Positions 21,784-32,143 of a stretch of 64,000 nucleotides of DNA are shown piece by piece; the stretch's first letter is position 1; each line of letters begins with the position of its first letter. A program made the translations under genes and the position numbers. The stretch covers positions 736,001 through 800,000 of the forward strand of contig OZ243956.1 in assembly GCA_965214405.1 (NCBI GenBank), given 5' to 3'. The notes under the pieces are model-generated. The model was not told where the DNA came from, did not search any database, and saw nothing but the letters and a program-made list of their open reading frames with translations. This DNA is from Trueperaceae bacterium (GTDB taxonomy: Bacteria > Deinococcota > Deinococci > Deinococcales > Trueperaceae).

Positions 21784-21840
21784 GCCTCGTCCTTTTGCAC
21801 GCCATGAAACAATGCCTGTTCGTTTGCCCTCTGCGTTTGC

Positions 21841-21870
21841 AGTATACTGGTACGGACCACCCAGTGTCCA
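21841..21870 (-). promoter_or_regulatory. Promoter TGGACA-N18-TATACT with operator TGGTCCGTACCA in the spacer
   Basis: Near-identical copy at 35084-35113. Confidence 0.7.
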
Positions 21871-21911
21871 GCGGGTTGTGTTCTGAGCTAACCGGACTTT
21901 CCTAAGCAGGT

Positions 21912-22703
21912 GTGGGCAGAAAGTTGGGGCAAAACGTGAGAGACCTGCCACAGTTAAAGAGCAACGCGGACACGCCGCTCTATGTGCAGCTCAAAGAATG
22001 GATGCTCGAGCGCATCCGCAACAGAAGCTTCGACCCGGCCGCCGCGCTTCCTTCCGAACGCCTCCTCATGAGCGAACTTAAAGTTTCGCGCGCAACCGTA
22101 CGGCAGGCGATTAGCGCGCTCGAGCGCGAGGGCTGGGTCGAGCGCCAGCACGGGCGCGGCACCTTTGTGAATAGCCAAAAAGTTGAACAGCCCGCGGGCA
22201 GGCTGAGCGGTTTTTCGGAAAACATGCGCTTGGCGGGTCTCACGCCCTCATCGAAGCTTGTCTCGGCGCGGCTCGAGGACCCCGGAGACAGAGTGGCGAA
22301 TATACTCAACCTCCTGCCGGGTCAGGTTGTGGCCGTCCTCGAGCGCGTCCGCTTGGCCGATGACGAACCGCTCATGTTGGAACGCAGCTTTCTCAACTAC
22401 CGCTTTGTGCCCAGGCTTTTGGAGCACGACCTGTCGGGCTCTTTATACGAGCTTTTGACGGCGCATTACCGCTTAGAGCTTTCTTCGGGTGAAGAAAGTA
22501 TCGAAGTGCTCGCAGCCGACGGGACCCTCGGTGAAAAGCTCAATCTAGATGTAGGGGACGCGGTTCTTTATACCGAAAGGCTGGTCACGGACGCTGAGGG
22601 GCATCTGCTCGAGTTCGCCCAGCGCTACGCCCGCGCGGACAAATGCAGGTTCCGCGTGACGCTCACGGGCCACGCCGCCGACTTTGTTCCCAAAGACGCG
22701 TAG
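21912..22703 (+). CDS. GntR/HutC (UTRA) transcriptional regulator (start may be 21936)
   Basis: PLYVQL, LPSER, VSRATVRQA, GRGTFV, then a UTRA domain. Confidence 0.93.
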   Translation: MGRKLGQNVRDLPQLKSNADTPLYVQLKEWMLERIRNRSFDPAAALPSERLLMSELKVSRATVRQAISALEREGWVERQHGRGTFVNSQKVEQPAGRLSGFSENMRLAGLTPSSKLVSARLEDPGDRVANILNLLPGQVVAVLERVRLADDEPLMLERSFLNYRFVPRLLEHDLSGSLYELLTAHYRLELSSGEESIEVLAADGTLGEKLNLDVGDAVLYTERLVTDAEGHLLEFAQRYARADKCRFRVTLTGHAADFVPKDA

Positions 22704-22704
22704 C

Positions 22705-22759
22705 TTGACCTGGAAAATAACGGCGTGTACGATAAACCTAAACTGGTACGGTCCACCCA
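22705..22759 (+). promoter_or_regulatory. Promoter TTGACC-N17-TACGAT followed by operator ACTGGTACGGTCCACCCA
   Basis: The operator matches 21846-21863 at 17 of 18 positions. Confidence 0.7.
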
Positions 22760-22781
22760 ATCACCCTCACCCCCGGAGCCC

Positions 22782-23567
22782 ATGATGAATCAGCTTGATG
22801 TCGCCCTCGAGTACATCGACAGGTCAACTCAGATTATTCAGAGGGTGCGCGACACCCAACTGGACGCCATTCATGAAGCGGCCGAGCTCTGCGCCGACAG
22901 CATCGCCAAAAGGGGACTCGTGCATCTTTTTGGCAACGGCCACTCGCGCATGGCGGTCGAAGAGATGTGGCCGCGCTACGGCTCTTTTCCGGGCTTTCAT
23001 CCCATTGTCGAACTCTCCATGACCAACCACACGCAGGTGGTGGGGGCGAACGGGCAGCGGCAAGCGATGTGGATCGAGCGGCAAGAGGGGCTTGGGGAAG
23101 TTGTCTTGCGCAACTTTATCTTCCGCGACTACGACACCATGATGATTTTTTCGACTTCGGGCAGTAACGGCGTCGTGGTGGACGTGGCGCTGGGTGCCAA
23201 AGAGCGGGGCCTGAAAGTCGTGTCGGTGGTGGCGCTCGAGTACGCCCAAGCGCTCCGAAGCGGGCACAGCAGCGGCAAACGCTTGATTGATATTGCCGAC
23301 GTGGTCATCGACAACTGCGCGGTGCCGGGTGACGCGATGGTGGAGGTGCCCGGCGTGGACGTGCCCGTGGGGCCGGGTTCGACGATTGGCAACACGGTTG
23401 TGGTCAACGCCGTCAAATGCCTCGTCGCTGAAGCGCTTGCCGCCAAGGGTCAGCCCCCGTTGGTGCTGGCGGGTGCCTGGAAAATGGGTGAAGAGGCAAG
23501 CGCGAAACGCTTTGACGAGGCTTACGACGACCACCGCGAGCGCGTGAAGGTTGTTTATGGCGGCTGA
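22782..23567 (+). CDS. SIS-domain (sugar isomerase) protein, UPF0309-like
   Basis: HLFGNGHS, FSTSG, HSSGKRL, DNC..GDA, GPGST. ATG 22782 chosen for its GGAG RBS and position downstream of the promoter. Confidence 0.85.
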   Translation: MMNQLDVALEYIDRSTQIIQRVRDTQLDAIHEAAELCADSIAKRGLVHLFGNGHSRMAVEEMWPRYGSFPGFHPIVELSMTNHTQVVGANGQRQAMWIERQEGLGEVVLRNFIFRDYDTMMIFSTSGSNGVVVDVALGAKERGLKVVSVVALEYAQALRSGHSSGKRLIDIADVVIDNCAVPGDAMVEVPGVDVPVGPGSTIGNTVVVNAVKCLVAEALAAKGQPPLVLAGAWKMGEEASAKRFDEAYDDHRERVKVVYGG

Positions 23568-24330
23568 GGGTTTGCTAACGGGTAAAACCGCCCTGATTAC
23601 GGGCGCGTCGGGTATCGCCGCCGCAGCGGCGGCGTTGTTCACCCAAGAAGGGTGCAAGGTCGTGGTGGTCGATATTTCGCAAGAAAATTTGCAGGCGGTA
23701 GAGAAGGACGTACCCGGCACCAAAACCTTGCAAGCCGACCTGACTGCGCCGGGTGCCGCCGCCGAGGTGACCAAGCAGGCCCGAGCCGCTCTAAGCGCCA
23801 TCGACATCTTGTTCAACGTAGTCGGCATCTCCGCGCGGCGCTACGGTGACGGGCCGGTTCATGAGGCCAGCGACGAAGGCTGGGACAGGGCGATGGACAC
23901 GAACGCGAAAACGACCTTTATGATGTGCCGTGAGGTGCTGCGGGTGATGCTCGAGCAAAGCGGCGGCAGCATCATCAACACCGCCTCGGTGGTGGCTTAC
24001 GCGCCCAACGCCGAGCATTTTTCTACGCACGCGTACGCGGCGTCCAAGGGTGCGGTCATCGCCTTGACAAAGTCGATGGCGTCTTACTACGCGGCGCAGG
24101 GCGTTCGCGTGAACGCCGTCGCGCCGGGTCTGATTGAAACGCCCATGAGCAGACGAGCCCAGAGTGACGAGGGCATCTTAAAGTATATGAAAGTCAAGCA
24201 GCCGCTTACGGGCGGGCTCGGCAAAGCGGAGGATGTGGCCGGTGCGGCCCTTTATTTGGCCTCAGACCTGAGCCGCTTTGTGACGGGCGAGGTTCTCGAG
24301 GTCGCGGGCGGCTGGAGCGTGGCGGGGTGA
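23557..24330 (+). CDS. SDR oxidoreductase
   Basis: TGASGIA, YAASK, VNAVAPG. Confidence 0.9.
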   Translation: MAAEGLLTGKTALITGASGIAAAAAALFTQEGCKVVVVDISQENLQAVEKDVPGTKTLQADLTAPGAAAEVTKQARAALSAIDILFNVVGISARRYGDGPVHEASDEGWDRAMDTNAKTTFMMCREVLRVMLEQSGGSIINTASVVAYAPNAEHFSTHAYAASKGAVIALTKSMASYYAAQGVRVNAVAPGLIETPMSRRAQSDEGILKYMKVKQPLTGGLGKAEDVAGAALYLASDLSRFVTGEVLEVAGGWSVAG

Positions 24331-24464
24331 ACACGCTCTTTAGGATTGGGTGGCGAGGTGCGGATAGTAGACTCGAGGCTAACAAAGGGAAATTTCGGTG
24401 AGGCGCGCGGGCGGGCTCGAGACCCAAAGAACGACCCAAAGGAGACGAGTTTGAAGGAGGCCAT

Positions 24465-25757
24465 GTGGAAAGCCTGAACTACAGCGTCAGCGTCCCCGTC
24501 CTGGACCATTGCGATGTGCTCGTGATTGGCGGCGGCTCGGCGGGCTCCGCCGCAGCGGTAGCGGCGGCGGGCGCGGGCGCGAAAGTAATTTTGGTCGAGC
24601 GTTACGGCTTTCTGGGCGGCACGGGCGCGATGGTCTTAGACACCTTTTACGGATTTTTCACGCCCAAGGTGGAGCGCAAGGTGGTGGGCGGGATTGCGGA
24701 TCGCGTGATTGAGGGCCTGAAAGCGCGCAACGTCCTCATTAAACGCCCCAACACCTACGGCGCGGGGGCGGGCTACACCTACGACCCCGAAACGCTCAAG
24801 GTCGTTTGGGACGAGCTGACAAGCAACGCGGGCGTACACCTGTTGCTGCACAGCTATTTTGTGGACGCGCTAGGGCAGGGAAATCGGATCACAGGCGCGA
24901 TTATCGGCACGAAGCAGGGGCTCAGGGCGATTCACGCAAAGGCCGTTGTGGACGCTTCAGGTGATGCTGATGTGGTCGCTCGAGCCGGGGGACCTTTCGA
25001 GGACGCGGGTGCAATGGGCACGGCGCAGTCGCTTACCACGACCTTTCAGATGATTAACGTTGACGTCGAGCGGGCAAAGGCGACGCCCAAGGCTGAGATG
25101 TGGCAAAAGATAGAAGAAGCGTCCCGGAGCGGTCGGTACCATCTGCCTCGCAAAGAGGGCAGTTCGCACATTACCCCCTTGGAACACGTGATGGTCACCA
25201 ACATGACCCGCGTGAGCGGCGTTGACCCGACCGACCCCGCGGCGCTCTCCAAGGCGGAAAGGGAGGGGCGCAAGCAGGCGTTCGAGTACGCCCGCTTCTT
25301 ACGCGACTTTATACCCGGTTACGAACGAGCCGTCATCGGCAGGCTGTCCACCCAAATCGGCGTGCGCGAGAGTCGCCGCGTCAGGGGCGAATATTGGCTC
25401 GAGCGTGAAGACGTGTTAGCCGCCCGCAAATTTGCCGACGCCATCGCCAAGTGCGGCGCGCCCATCGAAGAGCACCACGCGGGGGGCGACACCCGCTGGG
25501 AATATCTGCCCGAGGGCGAAACCTACGACATCCCCTTTCGGTGTCTTGTGCCGCAAAGACTCGACGGCCTCGTGGTGGCGGGCCGTTGCCTCTCGGCCTC
25601 GCACGACGCGCACGCCTCGGTCCGCTCTATAGGACAGTGTCTGGCGATGGGGCAAGCCGCGGGCCTGGCCGCAAGCCTCGCCAAAGAAGGGGACGTCCGC
25701 GGTGTCGAGACGGATGAGTTGCGTACCAGGCTGGTGGACATCGGGGCGGTGCTGTGA
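24465..25757 (+). CDS. FAD-dependent oxidoreductase (PF12831-like)
   Basis: DVLVIGGGSAG, DASGDAD, GVRESRR, YDIPFRCL, VAGRCLS, MGQAAG. Confidence 0.88.
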   Translation: MESLNYSVSVPVLDHCDVLVIGGGSAGSAAAVAAAGAGAKVILVERYGFLGGTGAMVLDTFYGFFTPKVERKVVGGIADRVIEGLKARNVLIKRPNTYGAGAGYTYDPETLKVVWDELTSNAGVHLLLHSYFVDALGQGNRITGAIIGTKQGLRAIHAKAVVDASGDADVVARAGGPFEDAGAMGTAQSLTTTFQMINVDVERAKATPKAEMWQKIEEASRSGRYHLPRKEGSSHITPLEHVMVTNMTRVSGVDPTDPAALSKAEREGRKQAFEYARFLRDFIPGYERAVIGRLSTQIGVRESRRVRGEYWLEREDVLAARKFADAIAKCGAPIEEHHAGGDTRWEYLPEGETYDIPFRCLVPQRLDGLVVAGRCLSASHDAHASVRSIGQCLAMGQAAGLAASLAKEGDVRGVETDELRTRLVDIGAVL

Positions 25758-26698
25758 TTCGTACCGTCCTCGGTGATATCGCCCCGGAAGCGTTGAGATT
25801 TACCCTTTGCCACGAGCATCTGTTCGGGCAGCCGCCGCCGGAATTTGCCGAAGCCGACCTCTGCCTAAACGACAAAGCGTCCGCCCTCCGCGAGTTGCAA
25901 AGCTTCAAAGGGGCGGGCGGGGCCACGGTGGTGGAGATGACGACGCCCGACTACGGCAGGAACGTCGCGGTGCTGGGGCGTCTCTCGCAGGAGAGCGGCG
26001 TTCACGTCGTCGCCGCCACAGGCTTTAACAAGGCGAAGTTTGCCGACCGTTATTCGTCTGGGCTAACCGAAGATGCTTTGGTGGATTGGATGGTCACGGA
26101 GGTAGCTGAAGGTATAGAAGAGCCTCCCCCTTTTGTGGCTGATTTTTTGGCTGAGGACTCGCGCCCGCCTGCTCGAGCCGGTCTCATCAAGGCGTCCAGC
26201 AGCTTGGGCGGTCCTACCAAAGACGAAGAAAAAGTCATGCGTGCGGCGGCCCGCGCACATCAGATGACAGGTGCGCCCGTGAGTACCCACACCGAAAAGG
26301 CGACTTGGGCGCTCGAGCAGGCCACGTTTCTTACCGAACATGGCGTGAGTCCCAGAAAAATTTTGATTGGGCATCTTGACTTCAACCCCGACCTCGCCTA
26401 CTTGTCCGAAGTTGCCAGTTTGGGCGTTTACCTGGGGCTTGACCAATTTTCCAAAGACAAGTATCTGCCTGACGCCAAGCGCGCCGAGTTGGTCGTCGCG
26501 TTGACCGAAAAGGGCTTCGGGGAACAGCTTCTGCTTTCGGGCGACATGGCGAGAAAGTCGTACTGGCGCACCTTTGGCGGCGCAGGTTTTCGTCACATCC
26601 CGACAACCGTCAAGCAGCATCTATGTGAAGCGGGCATGACGGAGGCGGATTTGAAAGGACTTTTTTTTGACAACCCGAGAAACTGGTTGAACTTCTAA
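25754..26698 (+). CDS. Phosphotriesterase-family metallohydrolase (probable lactonase)
   Basis: HEH, GLIK (Lys), STH, IGH and SGD metal ligands are all present. Confidence 0.88.
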   Translation: MIRTVLGDIAPEALRFTLCHEHLFGQPPPEFAEADLCLNDKASALRELQSFKGAGGATVVEMTTPDYGRNVAVLGRLSQESGVHVVAATGFNKAKFADRYSSGLTEDALVDWMVTEVAEGIEEPPPFVADFLAEDSRPPARAGLIKASSSLGGPTKDEEKVMRAAARAHQMTGAPVSTHTEKATWALEQATFLTEHGVSPRKILIGHLDFNPDLAYLSEVASLGVYLGLDQFSKDKYLPDAKRAELVVALTEKGFGEQLLLSGDMARKSYWRTFGGAGFRHIPTTVKQHLCEAGMTEADLKGLFFDNPRNWLNF

Positions 26699-26820
26699 CA
26701 GGATTATGGTGAGCAGCGGTATTCTCTTCTTCACAGTCCCACTAGATCCCTCATTTGCGCAAACTGCTCGAGTTTTTATGTAACATGACATTGAACTTGA
26801 TTTTCGAAAGGCACACGTGA

Positions 26821-28299
26821 ATGCTCGTCGCGCGTAACATTGTCAAACATTACGGGGCTGTTCAGGCGCTTAACAATGGCACCCTGGAGGTGGGTAAGGG
26901 CGAAGTCGTCGCGCTACTCGGGGCGAACGGCAGCGGCAAGAGCACGCTCGGCAAAGTGATCACGGGCGTGGTGTCGCCTACGCGCGGAGAACTCCTGCTC
27001 GAGGGGCTCCCCGTCACCTTCGCCTCGCCCTACGCTGCGCGCCAACGGGGCGTCACGGCGGTCTATCAGGAGTTGAGCCTAGTCCCCGACATGAGCGTGG
27101 CGGAGAATATTTTTTTGGGTCACGAGCCGAGCCGGGCCGCGCTGGTGCAGCGCCGGAGAATGCGTGAGGAGGCGGAGGGGTTGCTCGAGCTTTTTGGCGG
27201 TACCTTAAACGTTTCCCCCGACACGCCTGTGTCGGACCTGCTCCCCAGCGAGCGGCAGATCGTCGAAATCCTCAAGGCCCTGAGCCAAAACCCGCGCGTG
27301 CTCGTCCTAGACGAGGCCACCGCCAGCCTCGACTCGAGGCAGGTCGATAAACTCTTCGACTTAATCGCGCGCTGGAAAGCGCAGGGCATGGCAATCATAT
27401 TCATTTCTCACCGGATGGACGAACTCTTCCGCGTCGCGGACCGCGCGGTGGTGCTGCGTAACGGGGAAACGGTGGGGAGCGCCGTCATGGCGGACACGAC
27501 CGAAGAAGCCCTCGTCGGGATGATGATCGGCGAAAGCGTGCAGCCGCAGCGTTTCGCGCGCGGCGGGACGCCCAAAGGCGTGCGCCTGAGCGTCAAAGGT
27601 TTGACAAGCGCGGGTCTTAGAGGCGTGGGGCTCGAGCTGCGCGACGGCGAGCTGCTGGGCTTGGGGGGCCTGCACGGGCAAGGGCAGGAGGCGCTGCTGC
27701 TGGCGCTTTTTGGCGCGGTTCCTTTTACGGGCTCAGTCACGCTCGGCGGCGCAGCGGTAAAGTTCGCGCACCCGCGCGAGGCCATGCGTAAGGGCGTGGC
27801 GTACGTTCCCGGCGACAGGGGCGGCGAAGGCTTGCTCATGATCCGCTCCATTTTGGAAAACCTGCTCCTCCCCTCGTGGCGCGCGTACGGCTTGCCCATC
27901 AAGCAGGGCGTGGCTCGAGCCGCCGCGCTAGACGTGGGTAAAAAACTGAGCCTCAAGATGGCGTCGCTCGACGCGCCCGTGAGTTCGCTGAGCGGCGGCA
28001 ACGCGCAAAAGGTGGTAATCGGCAAATGGCTCTTGCGCGAGCCCTCCTTGCTCCTCTTGAACGACCCCACCAAGGGCGTCGACGTCGGCTCCAAGGGCGA
28101 GTTCTACGCGCTGCTTGACGACCTCAGAAAGCAGGGCACCGCCATCTTGTTCTACAGCAGCGACGACGAAGAACTCTTGGGGCTCTGCGACCGCGTGCTG
28201 GTCTTGCAAGACGGTCGCGTCACCGCGAGCCTTGAGGGGGAGAATCTGACGCGCTCGAGCCTGGTCGCCGCCAGTATGGGCGCGGGAGTGGCCGCGTGA
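26821..28299 (+). CDS. Sugar ABC transporter ATP-binding protein (RbsA-type, two NBDs)
   Basis: GANGSGKST, LDEAT, ISH, LSGGNAQK. Confidence 0.93.
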   Translation: MLVARNIVKHYGAVQALNNGTLEVGKGEVVALLGANGSGKSTLGKVITGVVSPTRGELLLEGLPVTFASPYAARQRGVTAVYQELSLVPDMSVAENIFLGHEPSRAALVQRRRMREEAEGLLELFGGTLNVSPDTPVSDLLPSERQIVEILKALSQNPRVLVLDEATASLDSRQVDKLFDLIARWKAQGMAIIFISHRMDELFRVADRAVVLRNGETVGSAVMADTTEEALVGMMIGESVQPQRFARGGTPKGVRLSVKGLTSAGLRGVGLELRDGELLGLGGLHGQGQEALLLALFGAVPFTGSVTLGGAAVKFAHPREAMRKGVAYVPGDRGGEGLLMIRSILENLLLPSWRAYGLPIKQGVARAAALDVGKKLSLKMASLDAPVSSLSGGNAQKVVIGKWLLREPSLLLLNDPTKGVDVGSKGEFYALLDDLRKQGTAILFYSSDDEELLGLCDRVLVLQDGRVTASLEGENLTRSSLVAASMGAGVAA

Positions 28300-29249
28300 G
28301 CTGGCGACGTTTTTTGAGGAGCAACCCTTACCTCTTCGCGCTCCTCTTGCTCGCGGTCTTGATCGCTATCAACGCGGGCTTGCAGGCCAACTTTTTTTCG
28401 CTTCGCGCCCTTAACGGCAACTTTCGCGTGTTGCTGCCCCTGATGATTTTGGCCGCAGGGCAGGCGGTCGTGATTATCGGCGGCGGGATAGACTTGTCAG
28501 TTGGCACGATGGTGTCGCTCGTCAATGCGGTGCTGGTCACGCAAATCACGCCCGAATCGGGCGCGTTAAGTATCGCTCTGGCGGTGGCGCTCGGGTGCGC
28601 TGCGGGGATGGTCGCGGGCGCGCTCAACGGGTTCTGCGTCGCCGTGTTGCGCTTGCAGCCCATCGTCACGACCTACGCCACGAGCTTCGTTTTCTCGGGT
28701 GCGGCGCTGCTCGTGCTGCCGCGGCCGGGTGGGCAGTTACCCCGTTCTCTCGTCGGTTTTTACCGTTCTACGCCCCTGAACATCCCGCTGGCGGTGTTTG
28801 TCATCGTCATCCTCTTGCTGCTCTGGAAACTGCTGCGCTCGAGCCGCTATGGTCAATACCTCTACGCCAGCGGGAGCCGGGCGGACGCCGCCTACACGAG
28901 CGGCGTGCCCGTGTCCTTAGTCAAATTCAGCACCTACGTCTTGGCGGGTTTAGCGAGCGCCGTGGCGGCGTTGGCGCTCACGCTGGGCATCGGCAGCGGC
29001 AACGCGAGCATCGGCGACGCGATGACGCTCGACTCGATCGTCGCCGTGGTGCTGGGCGGCACGCGGCTGAGCGGCGGTCAGGGGGGCGTTGCGGGGGCCG
29101 TCATCGGCGTGGCGATTTTGGGCATCATCCGCAACCTCATCTCGTTTGCCAACGTCCCGACCTGGTACCAAACGCTCGCCAACGCGACCATCATCGTGCT
29201 GGCCCTCGCGGGACCCGGCCTGTGGCAGCTCGTGCGGAGGCGCGCGTGA
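28296..29249 (+). CDS. Sugar ABC transporter permease
   Basis: GGIDLSVG, IVAVVLGGTRLSGGQG. Confidence 0.93.
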   Translation: MSWRRFLRSNPYLFALLLLAVLIAINAGLQANFFSLRALNGNFRVLLPLMILAAGQAVVIIGGGIDLSVGTMVSLVNAVLVTQITPESGALSIALAVALGCAAGMVAGALNGFCVAVLRLQPIVTTYATSFVFSGAALLVLPRPGGQLPRSLVGFYRSTPLNIPLAVFVIVILLLLWKLLRSSRYGQYLYASGSRADAAYTSGVPVSLVKFSTYVLAGLASAVAALALTLGIGSGNASIGDAMTLDSIVAVVLGGTRLSGGQGGVAGAVIGVAILGIIRNLISFANVPTWYQTLANATIIVLALAGPGLWQLVRRRA

Positions 29250-30187
29250 GAGTGCGCTTTTCGCCGCCGCTGATTGCGCTGCTTTTGGCCGTGGCGCTGT
29301 TCTTTTTGGGCGGCGTTATCCGCCCCGGTTTTGTCAACGTCAACCAGGCCGTCAACATCTTGCGCCTGGCCTCGCTGTTGGGCATCGTGGCGGCGGGGCA
29401 AACGCTGGTCATCATCAGCGGCGGGGAGGGCATCGACTTGTCGGTCGGCTCGGTGGTGACGCTGGGGGCGATCCTGACCTTTCGGTTTTCGGACGGTCAA
29501 AACGAGTGGCTGCTTCTGGGACTCCTCATGGCGCTCGCAGCGGGCGCGGCGGTGGGCCTTGTTAACGGGTTGGGCATCATCTTTTTGCGCATTCCGCCCT
29601 TGGTCATGACGCTCGGGATGGCGGGCGTGGTGCAGGGGCTGGTGCTGGTGGTTACTCAAGGGAGGCTTCCGGGGGGGACGCCGCCTCTACTCGCCGGGCT
29701 CATCTCGAGCAACTTCCTGGGGCTGCCCGGCAGCGTCTACCTCTGGCTGGCGCTGGCCGCGCTCATGGGGCTGGGGCTCGAGCGCAGCCCCTACGGCAAG
29801 CACCTCTTCGCCACCGGCGTCAACCGCACCGCCGCGCGGCTCTCCGGGGTGAACGTGCCGCGCGTTGTCGTGATCACGTACGCGCTGAGCGGCACCTTGG
29901 CGGCGCTGGGCGGTTTTTGCTTGCTAGGCTTTACCCAGCGGGTGTTTTTAAGCCTCGGCACACCCTACCTTTTCCCGTCCATTGCGGCGGTGGTGGTGGG
30001 CGGGACGGTGTTGGCGGGGGGCAAAGGGAGCTACTGGGGCACGGTGGCGGGCGCGCTGGTCCTCACCCTCATCAACAGCTTGCTGACCGCGATGCGGCTC
30101 TCCGAAGCCTATCAGCTTATTATCCTGGGGGTGACGCTGGTGCTGCTCATCTCGGTCTATGGGCGGCAGCGGGCGATGCGGCAGTAG
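29246..30187 (+). CDS. Sugar ABC transporter permease
   Basis: EGIDLSVG, IAAVVVGGTVLAGGKG; GTG overlaps the upstream TGA. Confidence 0.92.
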   Translation: MRVRFSPPLIALLLAVALFFLGGVIRPGFVNVNQAVNILRLASLLGIVAAGQTLVIISGGEGIDLSVGSVVTLGAILTFRFSDGQNEWLLLGLLMALAAGAAVGLVNGLGIIFLRIPPLVMTLGMAGVVQGLVLVVTQGRLPGGTPPLLAGLISSNFLGLPGSVYLWLALAALMGLGLERSPYGKHLFATGVNRTAARLSGVNVPRVVVITYALSGTLAALGGFCLLGFTQRVFLSLGTPYLFPSIAAVVVGGTVLAGGKGSYWGTVAGALVLTLINSLLTAMRLSEAYQLIILGVTLVLLISVYGRQRAMRQ

Positions 30188-30322
30188 GTAGCAGGTATCA
30201 CGCACCCGCGCACCCGCAGGTATAAATCGTCTGGTCTGAGCGAGCAGAGTTTGTCATGTTAACGTTCGGAACGTTGTTTAACTCAGGTTTGGCTAACGGT
30301 CAAGAAAGTAGGGAAAGCGGCT

Positions 30323-31357
30323 ATGAAAGCAGTCATGAAGCTCTCGCCCGGCGCGGGGAACATCGGCGTCCGGGACATTCCCGAGCCCCAGCCCAGCCCC
30401 GGCCAGGTGCTCATCGAGGTGGCCGCGGCGGGCATCTGCGGCACGGACTTACATATTTACCACGACGAGTTCAAGACTAACCCGCCCGTCGTGCTGGGCC
30501 ACGAGGTAGCCGGTGAGGTGGTCGCCCTGGGCGCGGGCGCCCAAGGCGTGCGGGTGGGGGCTCGAGTCACCACCGAGACCTACTTTTCGACCTGCGGCGT
30601 GTGCCGTTACTGCCGCACCGGGCACCAGAACCTGTGTCTGAACCGCCGCTCCATCGGCTCGGCGGTCAATGGCGGCTTCGCACGTTACGTCGTCGTGCCC
30701 GCCCCCAACGTCCACGAGCTGCCGCCGCAGCTAGGCTTCGAAGCGGGCGCGTTAACCGAGCCGCTGGCCTGCGTGGTTCACGGCGTCCTGTCGGCGCCGA
30801 CGGTGCGTCCGGGCGACTTGGCGGTGGTCGCGGGACCGGGCGCGATCGGGCTGTTGACGCTGCAAGTTTTGAAAGCGGCGGGCGCGACCGTGCTCGTGTT
30901 GGGGACCGAGGCCGACGCCGGAAGGTTGAAGCTGGCTAAGACGTTGGGTGCTGACCACACGCTTAATGTTGAACAGGAAAACGCCGAAACCCTGGTGCGT
31001 GAGTTGAGCCTCGAGGGTCTGGGCGCGGACGTCGTTTACGAGTGCTCGGGCGCAGGACCCGCCGCGCAGACGCTTCTGAGCCTCGTGCGCAGGCGAGGGC
31101 GCTACGTGCAGATTGGCCTTTTCGGCAAGCCCGTCGCCTGGGATTTGGACGAAGTCTGTTACAAGGAACTCACCGTCACGGGCAGCAACGCGAGCGTGCC
31201 CGCCGCCTGGATGGGGGCGCTGCGATTGCTGGCCTCGGGCGCTGTGGACACCAAAGCCCTCATCACCCACACGTTTCCCCTGACCGAGTGGCAAGAAGCC
31301 TTTGCGCGGTTCGAGCGCAAAGAGGGCGTCAAGCTCCTCCTGACGCCGGTGGCCTGA
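30323..31357 (+). CDS. Zn-dependent MDR polyol/sugar dehydrogenase
   Basis: GICGTD, GHE, CxxCxxC...C, GPGAIG. Confidence 0.93.
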   Translation: MKAVMKLSPGAGNIGVRDIPEPQPSPGQVLIEVAAAGICGTDLHIYHDEFKTNPPVVLGHEVAGEVVALGAGAQGVRVGARVTTETYFSTCGVCRYCRTGHQNLCLNRRSIGSAVNGGFARYVVVPAPNVHELPPQLGFEAGALTEPLACVVHGVLSAPTVRPGDLAVVAGPGAIGLLTLQVLKAAGATVLVLGTEADAGRLKLAKTLGADHTLNVEQENAETLVRELSLEGLGADVVYECSGAGPAAQTLLSLVRRRGRYVQIGLFGKPVAWDLDEVCYKELTVTGSNASVPAAWMGALRLLASGAVDTKALITHTFPLTEWQEAFARFERKEGVKLLLTPVA

Positions 31358-31358
31358 G

Positions 31359-32135
31359 ATGCGCCTGAGCGGTCTGGTGGCCCTGGTCACGGGCGCGTCG
31401 CAAACCCGCAGCATCGGCTGGGGGATTGCCAAGACTTTGGCGGAAGAGGGCGCGGACGTGGTGGTAAATGACGCCTATCACCCGGCGGATTTGCAGGCTC
31501 GAGCCCGCGACCTTCGCACGCTAGGACGCCGTTCTTTGGCTTTTCAGGCGGACGTGACGGACGAAGGGCAAGTGGACGAGATGGTGGCGGCGACCGTTAG
31601 AGGCTTGGGACGGCTCGACGTCGTGGTGAGCAACGCGGGCGTCATCCGCTGGGAGCGCTTTCCCGACCTCACGCCCGAAAATGTGAGGGCCATCTTGCGG
31701 GTCAACATCCTGGGCAACGTCAACGTCTGCCGGGCCGCCGCCAAAGAGATGGTTAAACAAAGCGGGGGCGGGCGCGTCATTATCGTGTCGTCGGTGCAGA
31801 GCGACGCGCAGTTTCCCGTTACGCCCGTGTACGGGGCAAGCAAACACGCCATGCACCTTCTCGTCGGGGCGCTGGCGCTCGAGCTTGCCCCCCACCGCGT
31901 CACCGTCAACCACATCGGTCCCGGCTGGGTGCGCTCGCCCCTAAACGACGCCGCGCCCGACCAACAAACACCCGCGGACATAGGGGCGCAACGCGACGCC
32001 GTGCCGCTGCGCCGCGACGGGCTTTTAGAAGAGATGGGGGCCGCGGTGAGCTACCTCGCCTCACCCCACGCCGCCTACACCACGGGGGCGTTCATCCGGG
32101 TGGACGGCGGGTTGGGCATCAGCAAATATAGTTAG
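31359..32135 (+). CDS. SDR oxidoreductase
   Basis: TGASQTRSIG, SNAG, YGASK. Confidence 0.9.
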   Translation: MRLSGLVALVTGASQTRSIGWGIAKTLAEEGADVVVNDAYHPADLQARARDLRTLGRRSLAFQADVTDEGQVDEMVAATVRGLGRLDVVVSNAGVIRWERFPDLTPENVRAILRVNILGNVNVCRAAAKEMVKQSGGGRVIIVSSVQSDAQFPVTPVYGASKHAMHLLVGALALELAPHRVTVNHIGPGWVRSPLNDAAPDQQTPADIGAQRDAVPLRRDGLLEEMGAAVSYLASPHAAYTTGAFIRVDGGLGISKYS

Positions 32136-32143
32136 GAGCCAGT

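Noticed and set aside
22824..23828. Long antisense or alternative-frame ORFs (also 50925-51842, 44248-45132 and the 5' extension 28595-29245)
   Set aside because: Shadows of well-supported genes, as expected in high-GC DNA.
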